NCBI GenBank assembly: GCA_963771465.1
Contig: CAVYTU010000017.1
Coordinates: 1-64,000 of the forward strand
Direction: 5' to 3'
Origin: an uncultured delta proteobacterium
GTDB lineage: Bacteria > Desulfobacterota > Binatia > UBA9968
DNA length: 64,000 nucleotides
Shown: one piece after another, positions 32,006-42,438 of the stretch
How the letters are laid out: each line of letters begins with the position of its first letter
Numbering within the stretch: the first letter of the stretch is position 1
The notes under the pieces: model-generated
The model's database searches: none
What the model was told of the DNA's origin: nothing
Seen by the model: the letters and a program-made list of their open reading frames with translations, nothing else
Translations under genes and position numbers: made by a program

Positions 32006-32152
32006 AAATCCGAAATCCGAATCGCGAAAACGGCCCCGCGGACCGAGACAAATGGCAAGGAAAATTCAAATAGCCAAATTGGCAACGTCCGAGTTTGGAA
32101 TTTGGTTTGTTTTGAACATTTGGATTTGTTTCGGATTTCGAGTTTCGGATTT
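32006..32152. repeat. MITE-like element with heptamer-repeat inverted arms, copy A
   Basis: aaatccgaaatccga…tcggatttcgagtttcggattt. The 3' arm matches 40559-40600 at 39 of 42 nt. Confidence 0.75.
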
Positions 32153-32162
32153 GTTTTTGCTT

Positions 32163-33173
32163 TTAGTTCGTTGCTGTTAACTTCCCCATGACTTCATTCT
32201 TGAAAAGCTCTACCGTGCGCAGCGATTCTTCAAGGGACAGATCGCCGAAGGCGAACTGGCCGACGAGATAATTCGCCGCCGATTCATCGAGCTGCGCTTG
32301 AAGAAATGTCCGCACGTTATCCGGAGTGCCGGCGACCGCTTGGCCGAGTGCCATCATCTTGTCGAATTCCACAGGTCTTGGATGCGCCGGTGTGCCGCCG
32401 AGAAGATAGAACAGAAAATAAAAATGATTGTGCCAGACCGGATAGGCGCGCCGCGCGATGGTCAGCGCTTCCTGATCATTCTCTGCGATGACGATGAAGC
32501 GGCTCACGCCGAGCTTCGGCGTCGGCTCGTCGCCATGCAAGGCGTTCCAGACTTGCCGATACTTGTCGTTGTAGCCGCGCGTGTCTTTGGCCGAGTCGAG
32601 ACTCATCATGTTCAGGCTTTGCTTGGCGGCGCGCTCGGCGGCTTCCACTGAATGCACGCCGTACCACATGGGCGGGTAGGGTTTTTGCAGCGGTTCGAGC
32701 TCCATGGGGATATCTTTGAAGGAAAAGTATTTTCCCTCGAAAGTTAGTTTCTCATGAGTTAGGCCTTGGAGAATCAGCGCGCGCGCTTCGGTGTAAATAT
32801 CCTGTGCTTGCGCGGGGTCTTGGCCATAGAACTTGACTTCGGTCGGTGATGAGCCCCGGCCAAAGCCGATTTCCAGACGGCCGCCGCTCATCTGATCGAC
32901 CATGCAGATCTCTTCGATCAATCGCAACGGGTGATGCAACGGGAGCGCATATACCATCGGGCCGAAACGCAATCGTTTTGTCCGTTGCGCGATGGCTGAT
33001 AGAAATACGCTCGGCGACGGCGCCAGGCCGATGGGCGTCGAGTGATGTTCGGCGACGTGATACGCGTAGAATCCCGCGCGCTCGTAGGCTTCGATGAGTT
33101 TGAGACGTGCTTCGTAATATTCGTTGAGTGGAAGATCGTTGCGATCCAGATGGTCGAAAATACCAAATTCCAT
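32163..33173 (-). CDS. LLM-class flavin-dependent oxidoreductase
   Basis: AEHHST, PSPSVFL, HPLRLIEE, DQMSGGRLEIGFGRG. Confidence 0.92.
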   Translation of the reverse strand: MEFGIFDHLDRNDLPLNEYYEARLKLIEAYERAGFYAYHVAEHHSTPIGLAPSPSVFLSAIAQRTKRLRFGPMVYALPLHHPLRLIEEICMVDQMSGGRLEIGFGRGSSPTEVKFYGQDPAQAQDIYTEARALILQGLTHEKLTFEGKYFSFKDIPMELEPLQKPYPPMWYGVHSVEAAERAAKQSLNMMSLDSAKDTRGYNDKYRQVWNALHGDEPTPKLGVSRFIVIAENDQEALTIARRAYPVWHNHFYFLFYLLGGTPAHPRPVEFDKMMALGQAVAGTPDNVRTFLQAQLDESAANYLVGQFAFGDLSLEESLRTVELFKNEVMGKLTATN

Positions 33174-33371
33174 ACCAGGCCGGATATATCGTGAATCACG
33201 CGCAAAGCAAAGGCTGAGTATGATTTTGCGCAGGCGGTGTCGCTAGAAAAGATGCGATGCGGTATTGAATAAATCACGGCGTGCAGTCAAATATTGAGAA
33301 ATTCGAATCAGCAGCGTCCGAAACGGCGTCGGTCCCTGGATACCAATGCCAAAAAATACTCAGGAGTTAGT

Positions 33372-34430
33372 ATGATTTTGAAAGTGACTGTCGTCAGTGT
33401 GTTTATTATCGCCCTGTCCGCCATGCGGTTGCCAGTGGAGGCGGCGCAAACAGCGTACTTTCAGGGTAAGACTCTGACATTGCAGGTCGGTGCGCCGGCC
33501 GGCGGTAGGCAGGATCGCATCGCTCGCACTTTGGCCAAGTATTTGACCAAGTATACTCCCGGTGGTCCGGTCTTTTTGATTCAAAACAAAACCGGCGGAC
33601 AGGGAATTCCGGCGATGCTTACGCTAAGCAAGGGGCCCACCGACGGCAGTTTCCTGTCGATGGTTATCTCCTCGTACTTGGAAGCGCCTTATTTCGGCGC
33701 TCCGGGAGCGACTTACGATCCACGAACCTTCGTATACATCGGCGCGCCAAGCACGGGTAAACAGCGCAATTCGCTTTTTATGCATCAACGCTCGGGAATC
33801 AAAACTCTGGACGAGCTGAGAAAGCGCGAAGTCACGCTCGGGGCACAGGGCGTCGGCAACCGCAGTTATCTCTACGCTCGGCTGATCGCCGAGATACTCG
33901 GTCTCAAAGTTCGTTGGGTACTAGGATATGACACGCTGCAGCTTTACGTCGCCTTGGAGCAAGGTGAAATTCAAGGACGTGTGAATGACGCCGCGTCGAT
34001 GATGACCGATCGTCCCGAGTTGTTTAACAAGCGCGAGGTAGTGCCGCTCGTGGCGATGACGCTGCCGGAGGAGTTGCCGCCGGTGAAGCATCCGATCTTT
34101 GACGGGGTCCCGTCCATCATGCAGTTCGCCAAGAGTGACGCGCATAAGAACATTATCCAAAAGATCAACTCCACCGACCGGCTGGGCGCGGCGATGGCCT
34201 TCCCGCCGGGAACTCAAGAGCCGATCCGAAAAATCATCGAAGAAGCGCTGCTCAAAGTCGGCAAAGATCCGGAGTTCCGAAAAGATTGGGAAGAACTGGT
34301 GCTCGAAGGTAACGCATTCGAGCAGATGTTTGGCGGCAAGGAAGTCCTGGAGGACGTCAAGCAGTACACCGACTGGCGCCCGGAAATCCTGACTATGTAT
34401 AAACGGCTGGCGCACGAAGCGCCGAAGTGA
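33372..34430 (+). CDS. Tripartite tricarboxylate transporter substrate-binding protein (TctC/Bug)
   Basis: Signal peptide; YFQGKTLTLQVGAPAGG…ARTLAKYL; VALEQGEIQG; PPGT. Confidence 0.85.
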   Translation: MILKVTVVSVFIIALSAMRLPVEAAQTAYFQGKTLTLQVGAPAGGRQDRIARTLAKYLTKYTPGGPVFLIQNKTGGQGIPAMLTLSKGPTDGSFLSMVISSYLEAPYFGAPGATYDPRTFVYIGAPSTGKQRNSLFMHQRSGIKTLDELRKREVTLGAQGVGNRSYLYARLIAEILGLKVRWVLGYDTLQLYVALEQGEIQGRVNDAASMMTDRPELFNKREVVPLVAMTLPEELPPVKHPIFDGVPSIMQFAKSDAHKNIIQKINSTDRLGAAMAFPPGTQEPIRKIIEEALLKVGKDPEFRKDWEELVLEGNAFEQMFGGKEVLEDVKQYTDWRPEILTMYKRLAHEAPK

Positions 34431-34482
34431 TTGGCGACGGCTGCGGCGCTACCGCACCTCCGTTTTTGTTTCGTCGGAGCCT

Positions 34483-35637
34483 ATGAACATACCGACCCTC
34501 GATGAGATCGATCGGATCGCCGGGCACAGCGATCCGATCCTCCGTAATCTCCAGATCACGCAGTGCTATCACGAGATCTCTCAGTGCGTCGCCAAACTCA
34601 TCGGCGCTTCTGCCAATTGGTGCACGTTCGCGACCTGGGCCTCGAAACAGGCCGGACAAACCATCCGCCAAGAAGATTTAGTCCGCGCCTTCGAGGAGCG
34701 GTTCAATCTTTCGAGCGAGATTTCAGCCGCGCTGGAGGGCATTTCCGGCCATCTCAAAAGCATCGGCGCCAAATTGCATACCCGAGTCCCCAGAGGTGCG
34801 ATTCTCCGGGCGCTCAATCCCGCCGCGGCGTTCGCCCGCGCCGGCGATGCCGTCGCCCGCGGCAACAAGAAAGTCTTCGAGGAAATTGGCCGAGAGTTCG
34901 CTCGCTTTCATGGTCTCTTTCGCGATGACACTATTCTCGATCGCGATAAGACGGCGCGCTTTTGTGCCGCGCTCCGTCCCGGCGAGCCACCGGACGGACA
35001 ACGGCTTCTGCGTGATGCATTCACGATCGAATGCGAGGCCCGCTTCCAAACCGGCAAAGAAAAAGCCGAGCTGATCTTGCTGGCCAACCTTTGCGCTGGT
35101 TTTCACGAGCAGATCAGGCTGCAACCCGAAATCGCCGAGGCGCTTAACGCGACGCTCGGTGATTCCGACGAGGTGAAGCACAATCTGTTGGTGAGCCTGG
35201 TGCCTGGATTAAAGCGTGGTGCGCGTTGGAGCGCGCTGCTGCGCCGCGGGACGGATGATCTGGATCGAGTCTTTGCCCGGCTTATCGAAGCGGTAAACCA
35301 GCTGATTCGCCAAGTCATTACCGATCACTTGATGACGCTTCACTTGTCCGGTACGGAAGTGCTACGCCTTGGACGGGACTTGTCGGGTAAATTCCCCGAG
35401 TTGCTGACCCAAATCGGCAGTGCAAGGTTGGAAGAAATGCTGGCCCGGATCGACTTGACTCCGAACAGCCTGACCGCCAGCGGCGCAAAGGATTGGGCCG
35501 ACTTTCCCGATCGCATGCACTTCATCGCGGACTTCTTTCGCACCTACCAGGATCGGCAAGAACTCTTTGCGGCGCCGTTTACGAGCCGGCAGGTGGCTCT
35601 GATAAAGTTGGGTGAACGGCCCGATGGAGATCTTTAG
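34483..35637 (+). CDS. Hypothetical protein
   Basis: 384-aa ORF with RBS; RNLQITQCYHE, NWCTFATWASK, GNKKVFEEIG, HEQIRLQP, DWADFPDRM. Confidence 0.75.
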   Translation: MNIPTLDEIDRIAGHSDPILRNLQITQCYHEISQCVAKLIGASANWCTFATWASKQAGQTIRQEDLVRAFEERFNLSSEISAALEGISGHLKSIGAKLHTRVPRGAILRALNPAAAFARAGDAVARGNKKVFEEIGREFARFHGLFRDDTILDRDKTARFCAALRPGEPPDGQRLLRDAFTIECEARFQTGKEKAELILLANLCAGFHEQIRLQPEIAEALNATLGDSDEVKHNLLVSLVPGLKRGARWSALLRRGTDDLDRVFARLIEAVNQLIRQVITDHLMTLHLSGTEVLRLGRDLSGKFPELLTQIGSARLEEMLARIDLTPNSLTASGAKDWADFPDRMHFIADFFRTYQDRQELFAAPFTSRQVALIKLGERPDGDL

Positions 35638-35737
35638 ACGCGGTTCATGACATTAACTCGACGTCGTAGTTCTCAAAATTGACCCAATCCTACAGCGCAA
35701 ACGTGCTGCCGACGCGCCTCAACGGGGATTGAGCCGA

Positions 35738-36109
35738 CTATTTGTCGAGATACTCTCTAATGGAAGCGGCAAGCGTTCTTGTGTCGATGGGCTTGGGAAT
35801 GAAACCATCGCAACCGGCGGCGATAATTCGCTTGTCATCTTCCGTTGAGGCATACGCAGAGATAGCAACAATCTTGATGTGTCGCGATACCATATCTGAT
35901 CTAAGCAGCTTCGTCAGCGCCAAGCCGTCCAAGCTGGGCAGATGGATGTCCATCAAGATCAGGTCGGGCTTGGAGGCTTGGACCGCTTGAAGAGCTTCGG
36001 TCGCATTGGCGGCAACCAGCACTTGATATCCTTCGCGCTCGAGCATCAACTGCATGAGTTTTATACTGACGGGTTGGTCATCTACGACCGAGATGGATTC
36101 ATGTGCCAT
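35738..36109 (-). CDS. Single-domain response regulator (DivK-like)
   Basis: VVDD, ILMDIHLP, GCDGFIPKPI. Confidence 0.92.
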   Translation of the reverse strand: MAHESISVVDDQPVSIKLMQLMLEREGYQVLVAANATEALQAVQASKPDLILMDIHLPSLDGLALTKLLRSDMVSRHIKIVAISAYASTEDDKRIIAAGCDGFIPKPIDTRTLAASIREYLDK

Positions 36110-36449
36110 GGCTGCTCATTCACTTGCTTCGGCACCACGTTAACGACGTGAGCATTTGGAGATGACCGAATATAGCCCACGCAAGGCATTAGTTTTGTAC
36201 CTTGAGAATCGAAAAGGAAGGTTGCGACGATCGTGCGAAGCTCCAAAGATAGGGAAAACCTATTTTGTTGTTTCGCGAAGAGGTCAATAAGTTTGCCTGA
36301 CAGCTATTGATACGATAGACAATTTCTAAAATCCATGATCAAAGGACACAAATTGCATCTGATTGACCCTACCATGGCTTCTAGATTCGATCGGCTGTCG
36401 GAAAACTATGAAGAGATTTTTTGAAGAAGTAGCTTGCTAGGAGGATTGA

Positions 36450-37841
36450 GTGATTGACGATTCGTTATTGACTCCAGAAAGCGTCGCGATCGTTGGCGCA
36501 ACCAACGCCGGCGAAAAACGCGGCAACTCGACCATCCGCTTTCTAAAGAGAGCGGAGTTTCGCGGCACCATTTATCCGGTGAACCCTAAGTACCAAGAGG
36601 TTGCCGGCTACCGGTGTTATGCGAGCTTGAATGAGATTCCCGGTTCCGTAGACCATGTCGTCTGCTGTCTTCCAGCTCATGAAGTTCCGGCGCTGGCTAA
36701 AGAATGTGTTGCGAAAGGCGTCAAGCTGCTGCACATCTACACCGCTGGGTTCAGCGAAACCAGAATTCCCGAGCGTATCGAACTGGAGCAGCAAGTGGTC
36801 GACATTGCCAGGCGGGGCGGGTTGCGTGTTCTCGGTCCAAACTGCATGGGCGTTTATCGCCCAAGTGCCGGTCTTACGTTCAACACTCATTCACCCAAGG
36901 ATGCGGGAGGAGTTTCCGTGATTTCACAGAGTGGCGGCAATGCCAGCGATTTGGGCCGCATGGCATCCGTGCGCGGGCTGCGTTTCAACACCGTCGTCAG
37001 CTACGGCAATGCAGCCGACATCAATGAAACGGAACTACTGCAATTTCTCGGACGCGATCCGCAAACGAAAGTGATCGGAGCTTTCATTGAAGGCGTGCGC
37101 GACATGGGTGCCTTTCACCAAACGTTGTCCGAAGTAAGCCGCGCCAAACCGGTGGTCATGCTTAAAGGCGGCACGACCGACGCAGGCGCTAGAGCGGTAG
37201 CCGCGCACACGGGAGCCCCGGCATCGCGCGAAGCTTGGCAGGCCGTGTGGACGCAGACCAACGCGGTGCCGGTCACTTGCATGGAAGAGTTGATGGACGT
37301 GCTTCTCGCCTTCCAGTCGGTCACGACTCCCGCCGGCAGAAAGGTGGGTGTTGTTGGAATCGGCGGCGGTGACGCGATTCAGGCGGCCGATGACTTGGAG
37401 CACGCCGGACTGATCGTGCCCGAGCTGAGAAAAGAAACCCAGCTCGCGTTGCGCGAGTTTACGCCCCTTCCCGGAACCAGCGTCAACAATCCGCTTGATC
37501 TTAATGTCATGCGGCGCTCCCGAGAGCTGCAAAGAATCTTGCGACTTGTCGCTGGCGAGCCGGCGATTGATGTTTTGATCGTGGTCCTGCGTGTCGATCA
37601 AACCATGGGAAACCCCAAAGGAGAGAAAACCCTAAATGAAATGATCGAAACGGTGGAAAATTTTCATGTCAATTGTGCGAAGCCCATGATCGTTGTCTGC
37701 CGGGCGTTGGGATCGATTGATGCCTTCGCGGCAGGGCTCCAATTACAACAAACCTGCGACCGCTTGGGAATTCCCGTCTATCCTTCCATTACACGCGCCG
37801 CTCACGCTTTGGGCAAGTTTATGGGCTATGTCGCCGCTTAA
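36450..37841 (+). CDS. Acyl-CoA synthetase (NDP-forming) alpha-type CoA-binding protein
   Basis: VAIVGA, YPVNPK, GPNCMG, SQSGG, SYGNAAD, AHTG phospho-His, NPLD. Confidence 0.88.
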   Translation: MIDDSLLTPESVAIVGATNAGEKRGNSTIRFLKRAEFRGTIYPVNPKYQEVAGYRCYASLNEIPGSVDHVVCCLPAHEVPALAKECVAKGVKLLHIYTAGFSETRIPERIELEQQVVDIARRGGLRVLGPNCMGVYRPSAGLTFNTHSPKDAGGVSVISQSGGNASDLGRMASVRGLRFNTVVSYGNAADINETELLQFLGRDPQTKVIGAFIEGVRDMGAFHQTLSEVSRAKPVVMLKGGTTDAGARAVAAHTGAPASREAWQAVWTQTNAVPVTCMEELMDVLLAFQSVTTPAGRKVGVVGIGGGDAIQAADDLEHAGLIVPELRKETQLALREFTPLPGTSVNNPLDLNVMRRSRELQRILRLVAGEPAIDVLIVVLRVDQTMGNPKGEKTLNEMIETVENFHVNCAKPMIVVCRALGSIDAFAAGLQLQQTCDRLGIPVYPSITRAAHALGKFMGYVAA

Positions 37842-37918
37842 GTGATTGACGAGGGAGCCATTGACGCGAGACGGCGGGTGTCGCTTTAATATCATGTCCG
37901 GTTGATTTGCCGCGCACG

Positions 37919-39523
37919 TTATCGGAGCTCGACGATGACGCTTTCATCGCTGCGCAGTTGGAGGTCGTCGCCCAATTGCTCTTGGTTCCGATCGAGATGA
38001 GTTGAAAGCAGTAAAACGGCCTGTGCGTCGAGCGTGCTCAGGTCAAAGCTCCTCGCTTGCGAAACGAAGTTGAGAACGATCAAAAGTCTGCGCTCATCCG
38101 CCTTGCGCACGTAGGCCATCACGTCATCGACTACCGGGAGCGAGGCGAATGCTCCCACGGACAACGCCGGCTCTGCCCGGCGCAGCTCGATGAGGCGATG
38201 ATAGAGCGTGAGCGTCGAGTTGGGTTGCTCGCGCAATGCCGCCACATTGTTAGTTGTGAAATCAGCAGCGAGCGGCAGCCAGGGCGAGCCCGTCGTAAAG
38301 CCCGCACCATGGCCGGCGGTCCACTGCATTGGCGTGCGCACCGGATCGCGACCGAGGCCGAGACCGGGAACGTTTTTCTCGAAGGGATCGCGCACCTGAT
38401 CCGGTGGGATCGACACATCGTGCATGCCGATTTCATCGCCGTAGTATAGCGTTGGTGTGCCGCGCAGAGTCAGCAGCAACATCGCCGCCACGCGCGCCTG
38501 CGCGGCGCCGATCCGGGTGGCGATGCGCGGTTTGTCGTGATTGCCGAGTACCCAGTTTGGCCAGGCATACGACGGCAGGATCGCTTCGTAGCGCTCGACC
38601 GCAGCGGCAACTTCTTTTGCATTCCATGGCAGCCGGATGAGTTGAAAATTAAACGGCAGGTGCGCTCCCTTGCCGCTTGCGCCGTAGTAGGCCATCAGCC
38701 GCTCCAGTGGAAGATAAATCTCGCCGACTAACATGCGATCGTCATATTCGTCGATCACCGCGCGCATCATTGCGACAATTCCTTGCACTTCCGGCAGATC
38801 CACCGAGTAGGTCGTGAGCAGCTCGCGATATGGCGACATGCCCGGGCGAAAATCCGGGTTGGTCGGATTGTCGCGATACAGCGTGTCTTTCGCGAGATGG
38901 TGCATGACGTCGACGCGGAAGCCATCGACGCCCCGAGTGAGCCAAAAACGCAGTACATCGAGCATCGCTCGTTGCACTTCGACATTGCGCCAGTTGAGAT
39001 CGGGCTGCTCTTTAAGAAACGCGTGGTAATAATATTGCCCGGTCTGCTCGTCCCATGTCCACGCCGCGCCACCGAAGTTGGACCGCCAGTTATTCGGCGG
39101 CCCGCCGCCTTGGGCGGGATCGCGCCAGATATACCAGTCCCGATTCGCGCTCAAGCGAGAAGATCTCGACTCGATGAACCATGGATGGCGATCCGAAGTA
39201 TGATTGGGAACATAGTCCAGCAGCAGCTTCATGCCGCGCGCATGCACGTCGGCTAGCAACGCGTCGAAGTCTGCCAGTGAGCCGAAAATTGGATCGATGT
39301 CGATGTAGTCGCTGACGTCGTAACCGAAATCGGCCATTGGCGACGGATAGATCGGCGAAATCCAAATCGCGTCCACGCCGAGCCATTGCAAGTAATCGAG
39401 CCTCTGGCGAATCCCCTGCAGATCGCCGATGCCGTCACCGTTGCTGTCCATAAACGAGCGCGGGTAGATTTGATAAACGATACCGCGCTCCCACCAGCGA
39501 AATGACTGTGCGGTTGAGTTCAT
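37919..39523 (-). CDS. GH13 alpha-glucosidase/oligo-1,6-glucosidase
   Basis: YQIYPRSF, DFGYDVSDY, VPNHTSD, QPDLNW, GFRVDV, GE, NHD. Confidence 0.93.
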   Translation of the reverse strand: MNSTAQSFRWWERGIVYQIYPRSFMDSNGDGIGDLQGIRQRLDYLQWLGVDAIWISPIYPSPMADFGYDVSDYIDIDPIFGSLADFDALLADVHARGMKLLLDYVPNHTSDRHPWFIESRSSRLSANRDWYIWRDPAQGGGPPNNWRSNFGGAAWTWDEQTGQYYYHAFLKEQPDLNWRNVEVQRAMLDVLRFWLTRGVDGFRVDVMHHLAKDTLYRDNPTNPDFRPGMSPYRELLTTYSVDLPEVQGIVAMMRAVIDEYDDRMLVGEIYLPLERLMAYYGASGKGAHLPFNFQLIRLPWNAKEVAAAVERYEAILPSYAWPNWVLGNHDKPRIATRIGAAQARVAAMLLLTLRGTPTLYYGDEIGMHDVSIPPDQVRDPFEKNVPGLGLGRDPVRTPMQWTAGHGAGFTTGSPWLPLAADFTTNNVAALREQPNSTLTLYHRLIELRRAEPALSVGAFASLPVVDDVMAYVRKADERRLLIVLNFVSQARSFDLSTLDAQAVLLLSTHLDRNQEQLGDDLQLRSDESVIVELR

Positions 39524-39590
39524 TTAATCTTGACGATCGCCGATGCTCGTGCCAGCGATCCGACTGCTGGGTTTTTCTAACAACGACGGT

Positions 39591-40406
39591 TCAGATAATC
39601 GACCGCGTCGGCTTCGCCGCACCGGGAAACAAGCCATGCTTGGTGAGAAATTCGATCATAAAGCGGTCAAAGAGCCAAGGTTGTTCGATCTGACAGGCGT
39701 GGCCGGCGCCGGGTAAAACTTTCAACTCGCAGTTGGGGACGCGGGCTTGGAGGGCGAAGGAACTCGGATGACTGCCGTCTTCGCTGCCGGTGAGGATGAT
39801 CATCGGGCAGGCGATGCGCTCGTGATGGCCTTCCGGATAGGGCTGGGCGAGCGCTCGGAACTGGTGGATGATGGTTTCGGCATCGGCGTGTTCATTGCGC
39901 TCGCTGAACATGTTAGCGAAGAAATGCGCCAATGGTGTTACGCGAAACGCTGCGCTCATGTCTTCGAAGGTGTAGCGCCAGCGGTATGCGACGCCCTCTG
40001 CGGTGTAATTGTCGATGCGCTTCTTGGTGAACTCTTTAGTCGGGTTGTAGCCGGTGCCGCAGAGCACGAGCGCCGCTGTTTTGGTCGGGCGCTGGTGATA
40101 CATGAAGGGCGCGATCGACGAGCCCACCGAGCAGCCCGCTAGAATCGCGGTTTCGCCTGGGCATGCGTCATCAATCGCTTCCCAACAAGCCTGGGCCATG
40201 TCGTTCATGGTCAACCCGGCGTCGGCTTTTGGCGAGCGCCCGTAACCCGGAATATCGATGGCGATGCAGCGGTACCAAGTCGACAAATGCGCCATTTGAA
40301 AAATCCAGCAAGACTGATCCATGGGATTGGGATGAATAAATGCGATCACCGGGCCGCTGCGTCCCATGCGTTCGTAGTAAAGCGTTCCTTGGATGTGTGT
40401 GGCCAT
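39591..40406 (-). CDS. Alpha/beta fold hydrolase
   Basis: DIPGYGRS, GCSVG elbow, GSED, GAGHAC. Confidence 0.88.
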   Translation of the reverse strand: MATHIQGTLYYERMGRSGPVIAFIHPNPMDQSCWIFQMAHLSTWYRCIAIDIPGYGRSPKADAGLTMNDMAQACWEAIDDACPGETAILAGCSVGSSIAPFMYHQRPTKTAALVLCGTGYNPTKEFTKKRIDNYTAEGVAYRWRYTFEDMSAAFRVTPLAHFFANMFSERNEHADAETIIHQFRALAQPYPEGHHERIACPMIILTGSEDGSHPSSFALQARVPNCELKVLPGAGHACQIEQPWLFDRFMIEFLTKHGLFPGAAKPTRSII

Positions 40407-40444
40407 AATGGCCTCCCTCAATTGTAGCAGAAATAGTTGCTAAA

Positions 40445-40600
40445 AAATCCGCAATCCCGAATATCTAAATTCGAAGCAAACTCAGACAAGAGTAAATCTC
40501 AATTCAGAAAATTCAAAACGTTGAATTCGAATGATCCTCGATTGGAATCTCGCCTGGTTTTGAGCATTTGGATTTGTTTCGGATTTCGAGCTTCGAATTT
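40445..40600. repeat. MITE-like element, copy B
   Basis: Same arms as 32006-32152. Confidence 0.7.
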
Positions 40601-40609
40601 TTCGTTCAG

Positions 40610-41686
40610 CTAGACCTTGAACGGATTTTCTTTGCCGAGCCCGCTCATCAATCCGGGTTGCGTCCCTTTGTTCAACGATTGAGCGAGATCAACCAAGTAA
40701 TCCTCCTGTTGGATTGCTTCGTACATCGCCATGGAGCCGTCCGCTTGCAGCGGTTTGCCGCCGATGAAGTGAAATGAATGGCAGTCCCAGTCGTAGAACT
40801 CATCGCCGCGGCTGCATATCTCTTTCCATCTGATGCCGACGGGGCTGCGATGCAAGCCTGTGCGTGCCGGCAGCGCCTCCTGCTGTTCGATGGTTAGATT
40901 CAAGTCTGCTTTGTAACCGGCTTCTTCGGGGATTCCATCCCACATGCGTCGGTAGTTAGGCAGGAACTCTTCGTCGCGAACCGTCAGCGCGGTGTGCATG
41001 TCCCACCAGGTGCCGTGGCCGGAAACGCGCTCGTCGACTCTATCGACTAATTTGTAAACGAGGCGTCCTTTGGCGCGCAGGCGCAACACTAACGTGCCCT
41101 CGGCGGTCTTAAAGTCTTGCTCCGGTTCGATGCCGCAATATTTTTCGAAGAAGGCGGCCGTTTTTGCCAGGTCGCGAGTACCGTAGACGGCATGGCTGAT
41201 GCGACCGACTTTTTCTTCCGTGGCGATCTCCATGGCACCCTCCGGCATATCCACGGGCGCCCAGAATTCGAATTGGTTGCCGTCCGGATCGGCGAAATAA
41301 ATTACCGTCCCGTCCTCGCCGTCGGCGGCGATACGGATCGGATCGGTGTGCGGAATTCGACGGCCGTCGAGCCGGCGCAGGTGATCGTTGATGTCCTGCG
41401 GTCGGATGTAGAAACCGCAGCGCGGCAGATCTTTTCCCAATTCCTTTGCCGGCGGATAAATCTCCGGCTGAAGGAAGGCGCCGATGCGGCACGAGCCGCC
41501 TTCCCACCAGAGGAAGCTGGTGATCTTGATATTGCGTTTTCGCGCCGCGGTGGTGAGTCCGATAATCGGCCGTCGAGTGATGCCGGTAGCACCCACCGCC
41601 CAATCGACCCATGCGCCCATATCGTTGGTGCCGACGACGAAGTGATCGATCCAGTGAACTGCACCTTTGGGTTCGATATCATTCAT
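40610..41686 (-). CDS. VOC (glyoxalase/extradiol dioxygenase-like) protein
   Basis: IDHFVV, YFADPDGNQFEF, ISHAVY…FFEKYCG. Confidence 0.8.
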   Translation of the reverse strand: MNDIEPKGAVHWIDHFVVGTNDMGAWVDWAVGATGITRRPIIGLTTAARKRNIKITSFLWWEGGSCRIGAFLQPEIYPPAKELGKDLPRCGFYIRPQDINDHLRRLDGRRIPHTDPIRIAADGEDGTVIYFADPDGNQFEFWAPVDMPEGAMEIATEEKVGRISHAVYGTRDLAKTAAFFEKYCGIEPEQDFKTAEGTLVLRLRAKGRLVYKLVDRVDERVSGHGTWWDMHTALTVRDEEFLPNYRRMWDGIPEEAGYKADLNLTIEQQEALPARTGLHRSPVGIRWKEICSRGDEFYDWDCHSFHFIGGKPLQADGSMAMYEAIQQEDYLVDLAQSLNKGTQPGLMSGLGKENPFKV

Positions 41687-41832
41687 GGCCAATGCTCCTT
41701 TTTGATTAAAAGGAAAACGTGGGTCTAATACGGTTTAGTCGTTCCAAATTTTCCAAGGCAAATTTGCTCTGTCGCGAGCGGTACCAAACGTCTAGATTCG
41801 TGTCAAGTGAGTTTCTGATTTGCCTTGGGTTC

Positions 41833-42324
41833 TCAGTAAATTCCCAGGGTCAATCCAGCGGCGATAGTCGCGCCGATTTCTTCGCAGCGTTGAAGATCGA
41901 ACTGGCCGATCTGTTTGCGCGCTAGGATTTCGTCGGGTGTCTGGGCATAGGTGCAGACGATGATTGGATCGGCGATCGCTTTCAAACGCCAGCCGGTGGC
42001 GATGCGCTGAATCTGGCGCGCGGCGTTTTCGCCGTCGCTGCCAGCGCAAATCAACGTCGCGTAGGGTCGGCCGACGATTCGGTCGAGGGCAGCGTAATAA
42101 GTACGGTCGAAGAAATCTTTCATGACGCCGGACATCATGGCGAGATTTTCCGGCGTGGCGAAAATGTAGCCGTCAGCTTCGAGCACTTCGTTAGCTCCAG
42201 CTTCGCCGGCGTGGATCAAATTCACCACCACTTCTGGTTCTGACGCCGCACCGCTGGCCGCCGCCTGCGCCATCTGGTAGGCCCCGCCGGTCATGGAGTG
42301 AAAGACAATCAGAAGCTTTTTCAT
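41833..42324 (-). CDS. Flavodoxin-family (WrbA-like) protein
   Basis: HSMTGG, ATPENLAMMSG, AGSDG. Confidence 0.88.
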   Translation of the reverse strand: MKKLLIVFHSMTGGAYQMAQAAASGAASEPEVVVNLIHAGEAGANEVLEADGYIFATPENLAMMSGVMKDFFDRTYYAALDRIVGRPYATLICAGSDGENAARQIQRIATGWRLKAIADPIIVCTYAQTPDEILARKQIGQFDLQRCEEIGATIAAGLTLGIY

Positions 42325-42410
42325 CCGGAATGATTTAACCACAAAGCTGAGAATCTTCACATAGAAGGAGGAATCGGTGCTTCGGAAGTTTAACCGCAAA
42401 GAACGTAAAC

Positions 42411-42438
42411 TAGGGGGGCGCAGCAAGCTGCACCCTTA
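42411..42438. repeat. REP-like palindrome
   Basis: taggggggcgcagc-aa-gctgcaccctta; same style as 45490-45517. Confidence 0.5.

Noticed and set aside
32006-32152. CRISPR array
   Set aside because: Short degenerate heptamers in inverted arms, no repeat-spacer periodicity and no cas genes in the window.
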